Sequence record: PQ821640
From: Escherichia phage SD2
Length of the DNA stretch: 64,000 bases
Reading direction: 5' to 3' (one strand)
Below are positions 43,390 through 53,784 of this stretch, piece by piece. Both the position numbers and the translations under genes were made by a program. The notes under the pieces are model-generated. The model worked only from the letters and a program-made list of their open reading frames with translations, ran no database searches and had not been told where the DNA came from. Each line of letters begins with the position of its first letter. The first letter of the stretch is position 1.

Positions 43390-44370
43390 ATGGCAAAGCC
43401 ACAATACTACCCTGACTGGGCGACACAAACAGTAACCCTCCCAGGAACGGGAAACACAAACAAGATTAGACCAAAAGAAACCATCCGTAATGTTGGTATG
43501 GACTTTGGTCAGATTATGACTTGTGAAGAAATGAACTGGATCTTAAACAATATTGGGTCTTGGATTCGCTATATGCAAGATGAATTCTTCCCAACATTGC
43601 CTACTACATATCTTCCTATAGTCGGTACTAAAATTACAATGGCAGGTGATGCTACAGGTGAAGTTACATGGAACGGTAATGCTGCTGTAACATTGTCTAT
43701 CCAAGTCGTAGATAACAGTCATAATCACTTATCAGCTAACATTACAGACGCAACATCAAACCAAGTTGTAGGGAATGTCCTTGTTAAGCGTGATAATGGT
43801 GGTGCTATCTATGCAGGTGATATTTACACTTGTGGTACAGGTGCTACAGATCCTGCAACATTATTTTTTAGAAACTATAATGGACAAACAGTAGGCAATA
43901 TGTCTTCTGAACCAGGTGCAGGTGGTCAACTCTATATTTATAGAATAAATCCATCTACTGGAGGAACATCTTGTGGAGTCCGTTTGTATGATGCAGGTTA
44001 TGTTTTAATAGACAATCCTCGTTCTAATTCTGGTCAAGATACTGGCAATGGTAATGCTCTTGTAAGATTAGATTATCTTAACTCAAGACTAAACTCATTG
44101 CAAAGTACACTGCAAAATAATATTAACAACGTTAATAGCAACTTGCAAGGCCAAATTAATAACATTAACAATAGAGTTTCTTCTGTTGTGTCTTCTATCC
44201 GTCTAGGTACACGTATTAAAGCTGGTGTATCTGAATCTCCTTTCTATGCTGGTCACGTGATCACAGGCTGGGGTTTTGGTGATAAGAAAGAACTTCGTGG
44301 TGCTTGGTATTGGTCTGCTCCGCTACAATATTACATTAATGGTAGGTGGATAACAGTAACCAACGTTTAG
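43390..44370 (+). CDS. tail fibre protein
   Basis: Asn/Gln-rich repetitive segment NNINNVNSNLQGQINNINNRV; followed by assembly-chaperone-sized gene. Confidence 0.5.
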   Translation: MAKPQYYPDWATQTVTLPGTGNTNKIRPKETIRNVGMDFGQIMTCEEMNWILNNIGSWIRYMQDEFFPTLPTTYLPIVGTKITMAGDATGEVTWNGNAAVTLSIQVVDNSHNHLSANITDATSNQVVGNVLVKRDNGGAIYAGDIYTCGTGATDPATLFFRNYNGQTVGNMSSEPGAGGQLYIYRINPSTGGTSCGVRLYDAGYVLIDNPRSNSGQDTGNGNALVRLDYLNSRLNSLQSTLQNNINNVNSNLQGQINNINNRVSSVVSSIRLGTRIKAGVSESPFYAGHVITGWGFGDKKELRGAWYWSAPLQYYINGRWITVTNV

Positions 44371-44382
44371 TAAGGAGAACAC

Positions 44383-44934
44383 ATGAAAAAAGATGTTATT
44401 TACACTGGCTTTGAACTATATCAACCAGAATTGACAGAAGAAAATGTCATCTATCTTTCAATAGGTGCTGGTTTTCTTAAAGATAAAGATGGTAATGATT
44501 GGTACGAAATTCAGAAATATTTATCCAAAAATTACCCTGATGCCTATTTCTTAACTCTAGATCACAACAATGTAGTTGTTGCAGCTACGAAAGATGTTTC
44601 TACATATTTTCCCGCTGGTCTTACTGTTCTTGTAACATACAATGTTCCAGATAAGATAGAAGAAGAAAGCAACCTAGGATCGTGGAGATATGACAATGGT
44701 AAGTTTGTTTCTCATAATGGGTTTGCAATAGAAGATGCCAACCTTAAGATGGAAAAAGAATTAACTTGGGCCACAAATCAAATATCTGCAATTCAAGATT
44801 TAGAGGAATTACAAGGTTTATCTGAAGAACAAAAAGATTGGTTAGGAAAAGTTAAACTATATCGTGCAACACTGATTCAAATTAACGTTGAAGATGCACC
44901 TAATATAACTTGGCCTACAAGACCTAAGAAATAG
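44383..44934 (+). CDS. tail fibre assembly chaperone-like protein
   Basis: 183-aa ORF directly downstream of the fibre gene. Confidence 0.4.
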   Translation: MKKDVIYTGFELYQPELTEENVIYLSIGAGFLKDKDGNDWYEIQKYLSKNYPDAYFLTLDHNNVVVAATKDVSTYFPAGLTVLVTYNVPDKIEEESNLGSWRYDNGKFVSHNGFAIEDANLKMEKELTWATNQISAIQDLEELQGLSEEQKDWLGKVKLYRATLIQINVEDAPNITWPTRPKK

Positions 44935-44943
44935 GGGTAATGT

Positions 44944-45285
44944 ATGGAGCTAACAGAAGTATGGGATATCGCTAAAGAGGCGATTATCCCTCTTATTGGT
45001 GTAATCTGGGTGGTCTTCAAACAGAAGATAGATGATATAGCAAGTGATTTGGATAAAATGGAAGACAAATACCGTGAACTAGAAAAGAAGTTGGTGTTTG
45101 TTGAATCCACTTATGCTACCAAAGCAGAACTTGCTCAAATGCTTAACCAGATCAACTCTACATTAATGGCAAATAATACTGCCTTAGAACAGAAGATTGA
45201 AAAAATAATGGATTTAAAAAATGCTCCTGTTCAATTAATGCTAGAGGAGATTACGAAGCGCACACAAAGTAAGGACAAAAATTAA
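44944..45285 (+). CDS. hypothetical coiled-coil protein (113 aa)
   Basis: Charged helical sequence; start overlaps downstream gene. Confidence 0.35.
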   Translation: MELTEVWDIAKEAIIPLIGVIWVVFKQKIDDIASDLDKMEDKYRELEKKLVFVESTYATKAELAQMLNQINSTLMANNTALEQKIEKIMDLKNAPVQLMLEEITKRTQSKDKN

Positions 45286-47699
45286 TGGCGAATTTTCCAA
45301 CATATCCTGCTACGACACTAGAACAAGGTGTTGATCTGGTTATATTCTCGTCTAACCAGATGCATGATGTTATTAACGGGGATGCTACAGCAACTGTAGA
45401 AACCGAAACAGGTTTAATACCTACACTGCGTAAAGCACTTGTTGATAACTTCTTCTTTAAGAGTCCTGTTGCTTGGTCAGCAGGATCAACTGAAACTGTA
45501 TTTAACCAGTTACGTTATTTTGAAAACGGTATCTTGAGTGGGTACTACTATGCCCCATCTGCCACTACTGCGAACCCTGTACCTATGCAGGGTACACCTG
45601 TAGGAGATAGTAACTGGACTCTGTACGCTCTTAAAACTGAACAGTTAGCTTCAGATGTGTATCCTTGGTATTTTAAAGGTGCTACAGGATATGAAACAGA
45701 AATCAGTCCTCCTTATATCTTTGATAATGCTATTGTCACCATTAACGGTGTAATTCAGATTCAAGGTGAAGCATTTACTATCAAAGATAGTAAAATTATT
45801 CTGGCAGAACCATTAGGTTTAGATCCGTCTACTGGTCTACCTAACAAATTGTTTGCTTTTATTGGTAAAACAACAGCCTCTACTTCTTATGTAGAGAAAA
45901 ACCTTTTGTCATCTACCACTGGTGCAGCAATGGTTGGTCTTCCATCTGGAGGCAACCTGTTACAAGCTCAATACTTTGTAACGCCTGAACAGTTTGGTGC
46001 AATTGGTGATGGAGTTACCGATGATACTCAAGCAATTCTAAAAACCATTACTTTCGCTAACACGAATAACATTCAAGTACGTGCAGATAAGAATTATAGA
46101 TTCACAAGCTCAATTGCTATGTCTGGTATTCGTTGGTATGGTGGTACATTCACTGGTAACGGTGGAACAATGATTTCTACTGTGTCCTGTTGGATTGAAA
46201 ACGTTCGCTTTGAAAAATGTTATGTTAAGATGTTAGGTGGTGATTGTCGATTCTATCGTAATATCTTCTCCAACGCAACATCTACAGCAGCATTTTTAAT
46301 GCAAGCAATGACAAGTGAAGGTACGTTGGACTTCAGTTACAACGAAATGTATGGTTGTAAATATGCGATCCTGCAACAAGGTACTGGAGAAGTAATGACC
46401 TATGGGCGTTACTCTAACAACTACATTCACGATATCAAAGGTGATGCTATTGAACTTAACGTAGTTCAAAAACACTACACTGAAGGTTTGATCATCGAGA
46501 ATAACCACATTGCTAACGTAGATGCTTCTGGACAAGGGGCAAACTGGGGTATTGGTATTGGTGTAGCAGGTAGTGGCCCATATGGTGTTGATGCTCCTGA
46601 TTCACAATATGTACGTAACTTCAGTATCGTTGGGAATAGGGTTTACAATTGCCGTCAATGTTTACACGTTGAAATGGGTAAAAACTTTACGATACGTGAT
46701 AATGAAGTTTATCCTAACACAGCAGTTTCAACAGGTACAGGTTTAACTACTTGTGGTGTTGCATTATACGGATGCCAAGATTTTGAAGTTGATGGTTTAA
46801 CTGGTTATCTGCTTAATGATCCGTCTGTTTCAACACGCATGGTCTTTATTGACTGGGGTGTTAACAGTGGAAGATATGCGGGGCCACCAATTAACTTTAC
46901 AATTAAGAATTTGGATATTCCAGAATCTTCAATTGAAATTGCAACGGCTGGATCAGATGCCTGGGAAAACTCTACAATTGTTAGTAACATCAATTGTAAT
47001 GTTTTTAAATGGCGTGGACTACCATCTAGCTCTACCTTTAATAATATTCGTTGCCGTAGTATTGACTTTATTGGTCAACACGGAAGCGGAGAAGGAAGTG
47101 GTGGCGGTTTCTATACTCGCAGCCAATTCACTTATATGAAGTGGGTAGGATGTACAGCACTTAGCGGAGATGAAACAACAGTTTCTTTTGCTAAAATCTA
47201 CACGGATCGTTGCGATCAGGTTGGAAATAACTTTGGTGTTCCAACTGCTGTTGATGGTACAGGTCATCGTGGGCCAGTCTTAACCACTATTTCTGAACAA
47301 TATTTTACAGATTATGATGAATTCCCAGGTGGGCGTGACTTCCCTACTGGAACAGTTATTCATTGTGCAAGCGGTAAAAAACACGTTGTTACAGTAGGTG
47401 GTGCTTTCTTTAGTAATAATGAGAAAATAAAAGCAACTGTTACAGGTCAAACCTATCTACAGTCTAATGCTTTAAACTGGGCTAGTAATGGCTACGCTAA
47501 AGCAGCAGGTACTAAGATTGTTATTCCAGGTGCAGGTGCAAATGGCGGCGATCTTGTGACAACTATAGCACGTGCTACGTATGTGACAAATAGTTTGTAC
47601 ACAATAGATATTGCAGATCCAATTGTAACACCTACAGCAGAGAATACAAAAATTAAAGCTCTGAACCCTGTTACTTTTGTTACTGTCAATAATGCTTAA
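45285..47699 (+). CDS. tailspike with pectate-lyase-like beta-helix (candidate depolymerase)
   Basis: FGAIGDGVTDDTQAILKTITFANTNN motif; 804 aa; terminator after stop. Confidence 0.6.
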   Translation: MANFPTYPATTLEQGVDLVIFSSNQMHDVINGDATATVETETGLIPTLRKALVDNFFFKSPVAWSAGSTETVFNQLRYFENGILSGYYYAPSATTANPVPMQGTPVGDSNWTLYALKTEQLASDVYPWYFKGATGYETEISPPYIFDNAIVTINGVIQIQGEAFTIKDSKIILAEPLGLDPSTGLPNKLFAFIGKTTASTSYVEKNLLSSTTGAAMVGLPSGGNLLQAQYFVTPEQFGAIGDGVTDDTQAILKTITFANTNNIQVRADKNYRFTSSIAMSGIRWYGGTFTGNGGTMISTVSCWIENVRFEKCYVKMLGGDCRFYRNIFSNATSTAAFLMQAMTSEGTLDFSYNEMYGCKYAILQQGTGEVMTYGRYSNNYIHDIKGDAIELNVVQKHYTEGLIIENNHIANVDASGQGANWGIGIGVAGSGPYGVDAPDSQYVRNFSIVGNRVYNCRQCLHVEMGKNFTIRDNEVYPNTAVSTGTGLTTCGVALYGCQDFEVDGLTGYLLNDPSVSTRMVFIDWGVNSGRYAGPPINFTIKNLDIPESSIEIATAGSDAWENSTIVSNINCNVFKWRGLPSSSTFNNIRCRSIDFIGQHGSGEGSGGGFYTRSQFTYMKWVGCTALSGDETTVSFAKIYTDRCDQVGNNFGVPTAVDGTGHRGPVLTTISEQYFTDYDEFPGGRDFPTGTVIHCASGKKHVVTVGGAFFSNNEKIKATVTGQTYLQSNALNWASNGYAKAAGTKIVIPGAGANGGDLVTTIARATYVTNSLYTIDIADPIVTPTAENTKIKALNPVTFVTVNNA

Positions 47700-47702
47700 T
47701 TA

Positions 47703-47725
47703 AAAGGGGCGAAAGCCCCTTTATA
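47703..47725 (+). terminator. rho-independent terminator
   Basis: AAGGGGC-GAAA-GCCCCTT hairpin plus TTAT. Confidence 0.5.
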
Positions 47726-47739
47726 AAAGGAGTAGTAAA

Positions 47740-49710
47740 GTGATTTTAACACGTCCAAATAGTGCCATTGCAGACATGGTAGAGTCTCGCTATAGAAAGC
47801 GTAGAAGTTTTGCAAGTGGTTTTACCTTAAGAGATGCTCGTGAAGCATTGCTCTTTGAAGCTGACGGTAACTACTATCAGTGGAAAGGTTCTCTACCTAA
47901 AGTTGTACCTGCTAACTCTACTCCTACATCTACTGGAGGGATTTCAGATACAGCTTGGAAAAATGTGGGTAATGCAGATGACATTGCTCAAATAGAATCA
48001 GAATTAGATGCTATTGAAGCTGAAATTGAAGATCTTAGAGAATCCATCCCAGAAGCTGGTAAATCAGCTTACCAGATTGCCGTAGACAATGGTTTCCAAG
48101 GCACTGAGACACAGTGGTTGGCTTCTTTAAAAGGTGATCCAGGTGCTCCATTAAAGCTATTAGGGACACTATCTAATACCAACCAATTACCTACAAGTGG
48201 AAACAATGCAGGGGATGCATGGATTGTAGGCGAGAATATGTATGCTTGGGATGGTACTGCTTGGAGAAAAGTAAACTCACAGGGGCCAGAAGGTAAATCT
48301 GCTTATGAAGTATGGCTTGCAGCAGGAAATGAAGGTACAGAACTAGACTATCTTGCTTCAATTAAAGGTGATAAAGGGGAGCCTGGCCCAGAGGGGCCAC
48401 AAGGTGTGCCAGGTAACAATGCTAATGGTTTTGATTACCAAGGCGCAGCTAATTCCGTTTCAGATCTTCCTTCTGCATCTCATGGAAACACATCTCAAGC
48501 ATGGAGTGTTGGTACATATCTATACGTGTCAAACGGTGTAGAATGGATCAATATGGGTGCTATAGTGGGGCCAAAAGGAGATAAAGGCGACAAAGGAGAT
48601 AAGGGTAACACTGGTGATTCAGCTTATCAAGTCTGGTTAAATGCTGGTAACGTTGGTACTATTGACGAATATATTGCCTCTCTGAAAGGAGAAAAAGGTG
48701 ATAAGGGAGACAAGGGTGATCAAGGTGCACAGGGTATACAAGGCTTGACGGGGCCAACTGGTGCAGGGTTGACCATTATTGACATTCTGACTAGCACTTC
48801 TGAACTACCACAAACTGGAGAAGATGGTGATGGTTATCTGATCAATAATGAACTTTGGGTCTGGTTGCAAGGAGCCACAGAGTGGACAAATGTTGGTCGT
48901 TTAGCTGGTACTCCAATCACTGCAAAAGGACACGTTGCGTCTGCAAGTGCACTTCCTCCTACAGCCAATTACGGTGATGCTTATCTGACGGAAGATACAG
49001 GTCATCTTTACATTTACACCTATAATGAACAAACTCAAACTGCTGAATATGTAGATATGGGTAGTTTGAAAGGTGATAAGGGTGAAAAAGGTGAGAAAGG
49101 TGACGCTGGTACTAACGGTACAGACGGTGCAACTTGGATTGTTAAAACAACAGATCCAATCTCTAGTGATGGTAAACAAGGTGATTATGCCTTTAATATC
49201 TCCACTGGCGAGGTGTTCTTAAAAACATCTGCAACTGTCTGGACTTCTCAAGGTACACTACCTAGTATCACAGATGCACCTAGTGATGGTAAGACTTATG
49301 CTCGTAAAGATGGGGCATGGGAAGAACTCACTAATTCTGTAGATGGTCAAGATATAGTTCCAACAAAAGTAACAACTAATTTTATAGAGGTTACAGCATA
49401 TACCAACAATTCTGTTACAGGGGACTGGACACCTCCAGGAACACATAACATGAATGTGTTGAATCTTACTGGTAACGCTACTATAAAAGCATGGCCTGGT
49501 GTCGAAGATAGTACAAAACCTAAACCATTCTCTGCAATAGTTTATCTTATCCAAGATGCCACTGGAGGTCGTACTGTTACTTTAGATCCATCTTACAAAG
49601 TAATTGGTTCCAGTGATATTAATACAGATCCTAACGGAGTAACAATACTACAACTAACATATTGTGGTGTTGGCGATTACGTGGATGCTATTGTTGCTAA
49701 ACGCACATAA
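47740..49710 (+). CDS. collagen-like tail fibre protein
   Basis: Four Gly-X-Y tracts (GDKGEPGPEGPQGVPG, KGDKGDKGDKGNTGDS, KGEKGDKGDKGDQGAQGIQGLTGPTGAG, KGDKGEKGEKGDAGTNGTDG) and three SAYQ...WL...GTE...YLASLKG modules. Confidence 0.6.
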   Translation: MILTRPNSAIADMVESRYRKRRSFASGFTLRDAREALLFEADGNYYQWKGSLPKVVPANSTPTSTGGISDTAWKNVGNADDIAQIESELDAIEAEIEDLRESIPEAGKSAYQIAVDNGFQGTETQWLASLKGDPGAPLKLLGTLSNTNQLPTSGNNAGDAWIVGENMYAWDGTAWRKVNSQGPEGKSAYEVWLAAGNEGTELDYLASIKGDKGEPGPEGPQGVPGNNANGFDYQGAANSVSDLPSASHGNTSQAWSVGTYLYVSNGVEWINMGAIVGPKGDKGDKGDKGNTGDSAYQVWLNAGNVGTIDEYIASLKGEKGDKGDKGDQGAQGIQGLTGPTGAGLTIIDILTSTSELPQTGEDGDGYLINNELWVWLQGATEWTNVGRLAGTPITAKGHVASASALPPTANYGDAYLTEDTGHLYIYTYNEQTQTAEYVDMGSLKGDKGEKGEKGDAGTNGTDGATWIVKTTDPISSDGKQGDYAFNISTGEVFLKTSATVWTSQGTLPSITDAPSDGKTYARKDGAWEELTNSVDGQDIVPTKVTTNFIEVTAYTNNSVTGDWTPPGTHNMNVLNLTGNATIKAWPGVEDSTKPKPFSAIVYLIQDATGGRTVTLDPSYKVIGSSDINTDPNGVTILQLTYCGVGDYVDAIVAKRT

Positions 49711-49712
49711 TC

Positions 49713-49737
49713 AAAGCCCCTTCGGGGGCTTATTATT
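49713..49737 (+). terminator. rho-independent terminator
   Basis: AAGCCCC-TTCG-GGGGCTT hairpin plus ATTATTT. Confidence 0.55.
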
Positions 49738-49749
49738 TAAGGAGATTAA

Positions 49750-52569
49750 ATGTATCCTATTCCTTTATTTATGTCAACAACACCAGCTTCAGTAGTAACA
49801 GCTACATCTATAACCACTTCCTCTATTGGTATTGCAATAGTTGGTAGTAAAAAGCAACTGACATACACAGTTTCACCAGAAGATGGTGCGTTATTTGATA
49901 TAGCTTTTTCATCTTCAGATAATACCAAAATGGTTATAGATAATAACGGTATGATGGAGTTTGTTGCTGAAGGCGGTTTTGATGCAATAATGACAGCTAA
50001 AAATAATTTAGGTGCTGTCTTAACTGATCAATCTGGTGGCTATGCTTCAGAATTAAGTGTGTACACTGAAAGTCTGTCTGCTATGGATGCAGGAACTACT
50101 CAACAATTGGTTGCTACAATCAGTCCAGAAGGTGCTAAAGACCTTCCAGACATGGTAATTACGTACACCACAACAGATCCAGAAGTAGCTACTGTAAGTC
50201 CTACAGGATTAATAACTGCTCTTAAAGATGGCAGTTGCCGTATAGGTTGCACTGCAACTTATCAAGGAACAGTGGTGGCCTCTGATAGTTCTTATTTAGG
50301 TGTTAATGCTATTCCTGTTATTTCTAATGTAACAGCCGTGGCAAACAGCTATGGAGACATTCGTGTTGCTTGGGATGTAGCTGATCCGCTAGATGGTGAT
50401 ACTTATACTGTAGAAGTATTAGATTTGAGTAATAACAGTGTCCAGTGGACTACAACAACCACGAATACTTACGCTTACTTTGATATCTCTGACTCTATTC
50501 CTCTTTATGGGTTTGCTCCAACATACCTTAAAATTAGCGTTAAGAGCACCAAAGCAGCACCCGTTATCTTTAATAACTCAATAGCTACAGATGATTCATT
50601 CATTAAAGAAGTTATTGTCTTTGCTGGACAAGATAACGTAAATGCACACTTTACAGAACTATCTGGTGCAAATAAAGCAGCAATGAGTAGCACAACAGCC
50701 CGTAATGCATATGCTACGCAACGTGGTTTAGCAAATGCTGAAGTTCTTCCGTTAAATACAGCTTCTGGATCATCAGCAGCAGATAAATATGCTGACGATA
50801 AAGCCGGAACAGGTACACCAGACAACTACTGGTATGATCTGGATAACACAGCAGATGGGCCATGCTTAACTAACTTTATCACTAAAGTCACACCTTATGC
50901 AAGTAAGGTTAAAGCGATTATTTGGGGACAAGGTGAAAATGATGCTGTATCAGCATCTTCAACTGTTGCAGGTAGATACAGTAACACTACACGTTACCAT
51001 GATGCTACGATAGCCATCTTTGATAAGATGCGTACAATAGTTCCTGCTTCTCAAGCAAAAATTGTTTGGCAGATCCTAGGACGTTCTTATTTATATGGTG
51101 TAGAAGTTAATGGTGTGGATTGGCAGAAATACAGAAATGTACAAAGAACCATCTCTACAGCACGTGACGATGTTATCATTGGTTCTTGGGTGGATGGTGC
51201 TGAACGCTACAGTGGTTATGTTTATGAAGAAGGTATTGCTGGTCGTATCCATTATATTTCTTCTGTATACCAAACAGCAGCTACAAAACTTGCTAAATCA
51301 GCAGCAGACGGTACAGACTTAACATCAACACCACCTGTTTGGGTTGATATGGCTGTTCCAACTGGAGCAACAGCTACTTCCCAAGCTAATCAAGATACAA
51401 TTTTAGCATGGGATGCTCAAGGTTATAGTAAACACTACTTCCGTAATATTAACGTCTTAACAGCATCTGTATTAACTGAACAAACCCTTAATACGAACAG
51501 TTATACGTTTACCTATGCAGATCAAGTAGAACAATATGGTTTTGCAGCAGGAACTACTATATTTGATGTTGCATATTATGACGAAGCAAATGATGTGTTA
51601 TCTCCTTTAGTACGTTTTAATGTTAGCGTTACAGCAGGAAAAGTAGAAGATAAACCTGTCGTGATGGACTATGATTTGACGCAAGAAACTCTTCCATCAG
51701 ATGTTAAGGTTAATGGTGGGAACTCTTTTGCTCGTGCCTCTGGAGATAAACTTGTAGCCACTAACACCTTGGTTGCTCCGTTGGAGTATGTTGGTACTAC
51801 CCCTGTAGGTAGACGTGTAACAGCTAACACAGCTACACAAATTTTTGTCAACAACGCCTTAACAAGTGCAAGCCCGTGGGTAAAGACCAACTTAACTGTT
51901 GCAGCTTCATCTGATAACTCTCCGGCTGGAACTACTGCTAATGTATTCAAATTAACTCCGACTACAACCTCTGGTAGTCATATCTTAACTGCAACATATA
52001 CTAACGCGTACAACATATCTGCCGGACGTAACTGGTCTGCCTCTGTTTTCTTGAAAGCGAACGGGATTACTAAGGCCAAACTAAGATTAAAAGCAGGAAC
52101 TGAAGTTAATGAGGGTACTTTTGATTTAGCAGCAGGTACATTCACAGGAAGTGAAGCTAATATTATATCTATGGGCAACGGTTGGTATCGTGCTATTCTG
52201 CATAAAACAGGGATAGCCAAACAGTCCTCCATAAGTTTTGAAATAATTGCCTTGGATGCAACTGGTGCGGAGATTTTCGCTGGAGATGGTACTAGTAACC
52301 TTGCAGTTTGGTTGCCACAGCTTGAAGGTGCTTCTACAGGAGACACATCAAAAGCTGGATCGCCTTATGTCTGCACATATCCTGGAAATTTAGGAGGAGT
52401 ATCCTTCACTATACCAAGGAACGGACATACTGGTGTGGATGTTTACTATTCCAACGGAGACGTTGTTCGTGACGTATTCTCTGGTACGGCATCTACTTGG
52501 ACAATAAACTACTCCAGCTTGTACGATTGGGGATCAGTCTTTATTACAGGTTTGAAATATTACGACTAA
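49750..52569 (+). CDS. tail fibre or spike with SGNH/sialate-O-acetylesterase-like domain
   Basis: Blocks VIVFAGQDN and IIWGQGENDA match esterase blocks I and III; Ig-like N-terminal repeats; 939 aa. Confidence 0.55.
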   Translation: MYPIPLFMSTTPASVVTATSITTSSIGIAIVGSKKQLTYTVSPEDGALFDIAFSSSDNTKMVIDNNGMMEFVAEGGFDAIMTAKNNLGAVLTDQSGGYASELSVYTESLSAMDAGTTQQLVATISPEGAKDLPDMVITYTTTDPEVATVSPTGLITALKDGSCRIGCTATYQGTVVASDSSYLGVNAIPVISNVTAVANSYGDIRVAWDVADPLDGDTYTVEVLDLSNNSVQWTTTTTNTYAYFDISDSIPLYGFAPTYLKISVKSTKAAPVIFNNSIATDDSFIKEVIVFAGQDNVNAHFTELSGANKAAMSSTTARNAYATQRGLANAEVLPLNTASGSSAADKYADDKAGTGTPDNYWYDLDNTADGPCLTNFITKVTPYASKVKAIIWGQGENDAVSASSTVAGRYSNTTRYHDATIAIFDKMRTIVPASQAKIVWQILGRSYLYGVEVNGVDWQKYRNVQRTISTARDDVIIGSWVDGAERYSGYVYEEGIAGRIHYISSVYQTAATKLAKSAADGTDLTSTPPVWVDMAVPTGATATSQANQDTILAWDAQGYSKHYFRNINVLTASVLTEQTLNTNSYTFTYADQVEQYGFAAGTTIFDVAYYDEANDVLSPLVRFNVSVTAGKVEDKPVVMDYDLTQETLPSDVKVNGGNSFARASGDKLVATNTLVAPLEYVGTTPVGRRVTANTATQIFVNNALTSASPWVKTNLTVAASSDNSPAGTTANVFKLTPTTTSGSHILTATYTNAYNISAGRNWSASVFLKANGITKAKLRLKAGTEVNEGTFDLAAGTFTGSEANIISMGNGWYRAILHKTGIAKQSSISFEIIALDATGAEIFAGDGTSNLAVWLPQLEGASTGDTSKAGSPYVCTYPGNLGGVSFTIPRNGHTGVDVYYSNGDVVRDVFSGTASTWTINYSSLYDWGSVFITGLKYYD

Positions 52570-52571
52570 TA

Positions 52572-52601
52572 AAAAAGGAGCCATTAGGCTCCTTTTCTTT
52601 T
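52572..52601. terminator. bidirectional rho-independent terminator between convergent operons
   Basis: AAAGGAGCC-ATTA-GGCTCCTTT hairpin with T-runs on both strands. Confidence 0.6.
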
Positions 52602-52604
52602 ATC

Positions 52605-53036
52605 TTAATCAGTGAAAATTACGCTTACATCTTCTTTAGAAAAGAGTTTATGATTTTCACCTTTTGTCTCAAGAGTTTCATACAGGTTAAGAAGTTCTGA
52701 AACATCTTTCTCTACCAGTTTCTTCAATGTTGCAATTTTCTGTTTGCGATTCTTAATACGTTCAGCTACAACCTTACGTTGGTATCCGGCAGTACGATAA
52801 CCTGAGAAAGTTACACCAGTGAGACTTGCAGTTACAGGATCGTAATGACGTTCAATCTGAAATTTATTAAAAGGTACAGCGTCATCACGAATAATCTTAC
52901 CGCCATTACTTACTTGACGAAGACCAGTAACTTGTTCCAGTCGTGCCATAGAAATCTTTGGAGACAGACCAGAATCCAGGTTCATACCGTTGTTAATCAG
53001 TGCTTTCAGGGTGATTTTGCTGTTCAGTGTACTCAT
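52605..53036 (-). CDS. hypothetical protein (143 aa)
   Basis: ORF behind GAGGAA; overlaps 3-prime end of methyltransferase gene by 44 nt. Confidence 0.4.
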   Translation of the reverse strand: MSTLNSKITLKALINNGMNLDSGLSPKISMARLEQVTGLRQVSNGGKIIRDDAVPFNKFQIERHYDPVTASLTGVTFSGYRTAGYQRKVVAERIKNRKQKIATLKKLVEKDVSELLNLYETLETKGENHKLFSKEDVSVIFTD

Positions 53037-53724
53037 TTAGTCGTTCCTCTGCTTGCTTAAAAATATTTACATCGGCTTCACAGCCTAAGTATTCTCTACC
53101 TGTTAAAAGTGCCGCAACTTGTGTTGTTGCACTTCCAGAGAAGAAGTCTAAGACTACATCTCCTTCGTTGGTATGTATATTAATAAGGTCACAAAACAAA
53201 GTCAAGTGTTTTTGTGTCGGATGAAAACGATCTGCTCCTTGATAGATAGGATACTCAAACACACCCTTATGGTAGGAAGCATTGAAGGTTGGCTTCGAAC
53301 CTTTAACACAAACAATAGCCATCTCTTTAGCGTTACTAAGGTAGTTAACACCACTATTGATGGGTACAGGGTTTGTTTTAATCCATTCAATAGTACGGAA
53401 CATACGAAAACCAAGCGGTTCAAGGATTTCACGTAGTTCCTGGATCTTCCAGATATCATACCAAACTATGCAAGTACCACCTTTTCTAAGCACCCTATAG
53501 GCTTCTTTGAATACTTCTTTAAAGTAAGGAATATCTACAACATCCCAGTCACCAAAGTTGTAAGATACACGGAATCTATCCGTATCTTTTCCAGTAGGTT
53601 CTCCAGATTGAAAATTTGTGTCACGAGAAATAGCATATGGTGGGTCAGTAAGAATCAAATCTACACTATTGCTTTCGAGGGTTTGCAGGTAGTTTAATGC
53701 GGTGTTGTTTACAAATTCGCTCAT
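52993..53724 (-). CDS. DNA methyltransferase (beta-class amino-MTase, N6-adenine or N4-cytosine)
   Basis: Motif IV DPPY (LILTDPPYAI) N-terminal to motif I FxGxG (VLDFFSGSATT). Confidence 0.75.
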   Translation of the reverse strand: MSEFVNNTALNYLQTLESNSVDLILTDPPYAISRDTNFQSGEPTGKDTDRFRVSYNFGDWDVVDIPYFKEVFKEAYRVLRKGGTCIVWYDIWKIQELREILEPLGFRMFRTIEWIKTNPVPINSGVNYLSNAKEMAIVCVKGSKPTFNASYHKGVFEYPIYQGADRFHPTQKHLTLFCDLINIHTNEGDVVLDFFSGSATTQVAALLTGREYLGCEADVNIFKQAEERLNEYTEQQNHPESTD

Positions 53725-53733
53725 TATATCTCC

Positions 53734-53763
53734 TTCAAAGAAAAGGAGCCGTTAGGCTCCTTA
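53734..53763 (-). terminator. rho-independent terminator (minus strand)
   Basis: AAGGAGCC-TAAC-GGCTCCTT hairpin followed by TTTCTTTG on minus strand. Confidence 0.5.
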
Positions 53764-53784
53764 TATTCACACAATATTTAATTA

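Noticed and set aside
48353-49554. ORFs in alternative frames or opposite strand inside the collagen-like fibre gene
   Set aside because: Artefacts of the repetitive GGT/GAT/AAA codon composition of Gly-X-Y tracts.
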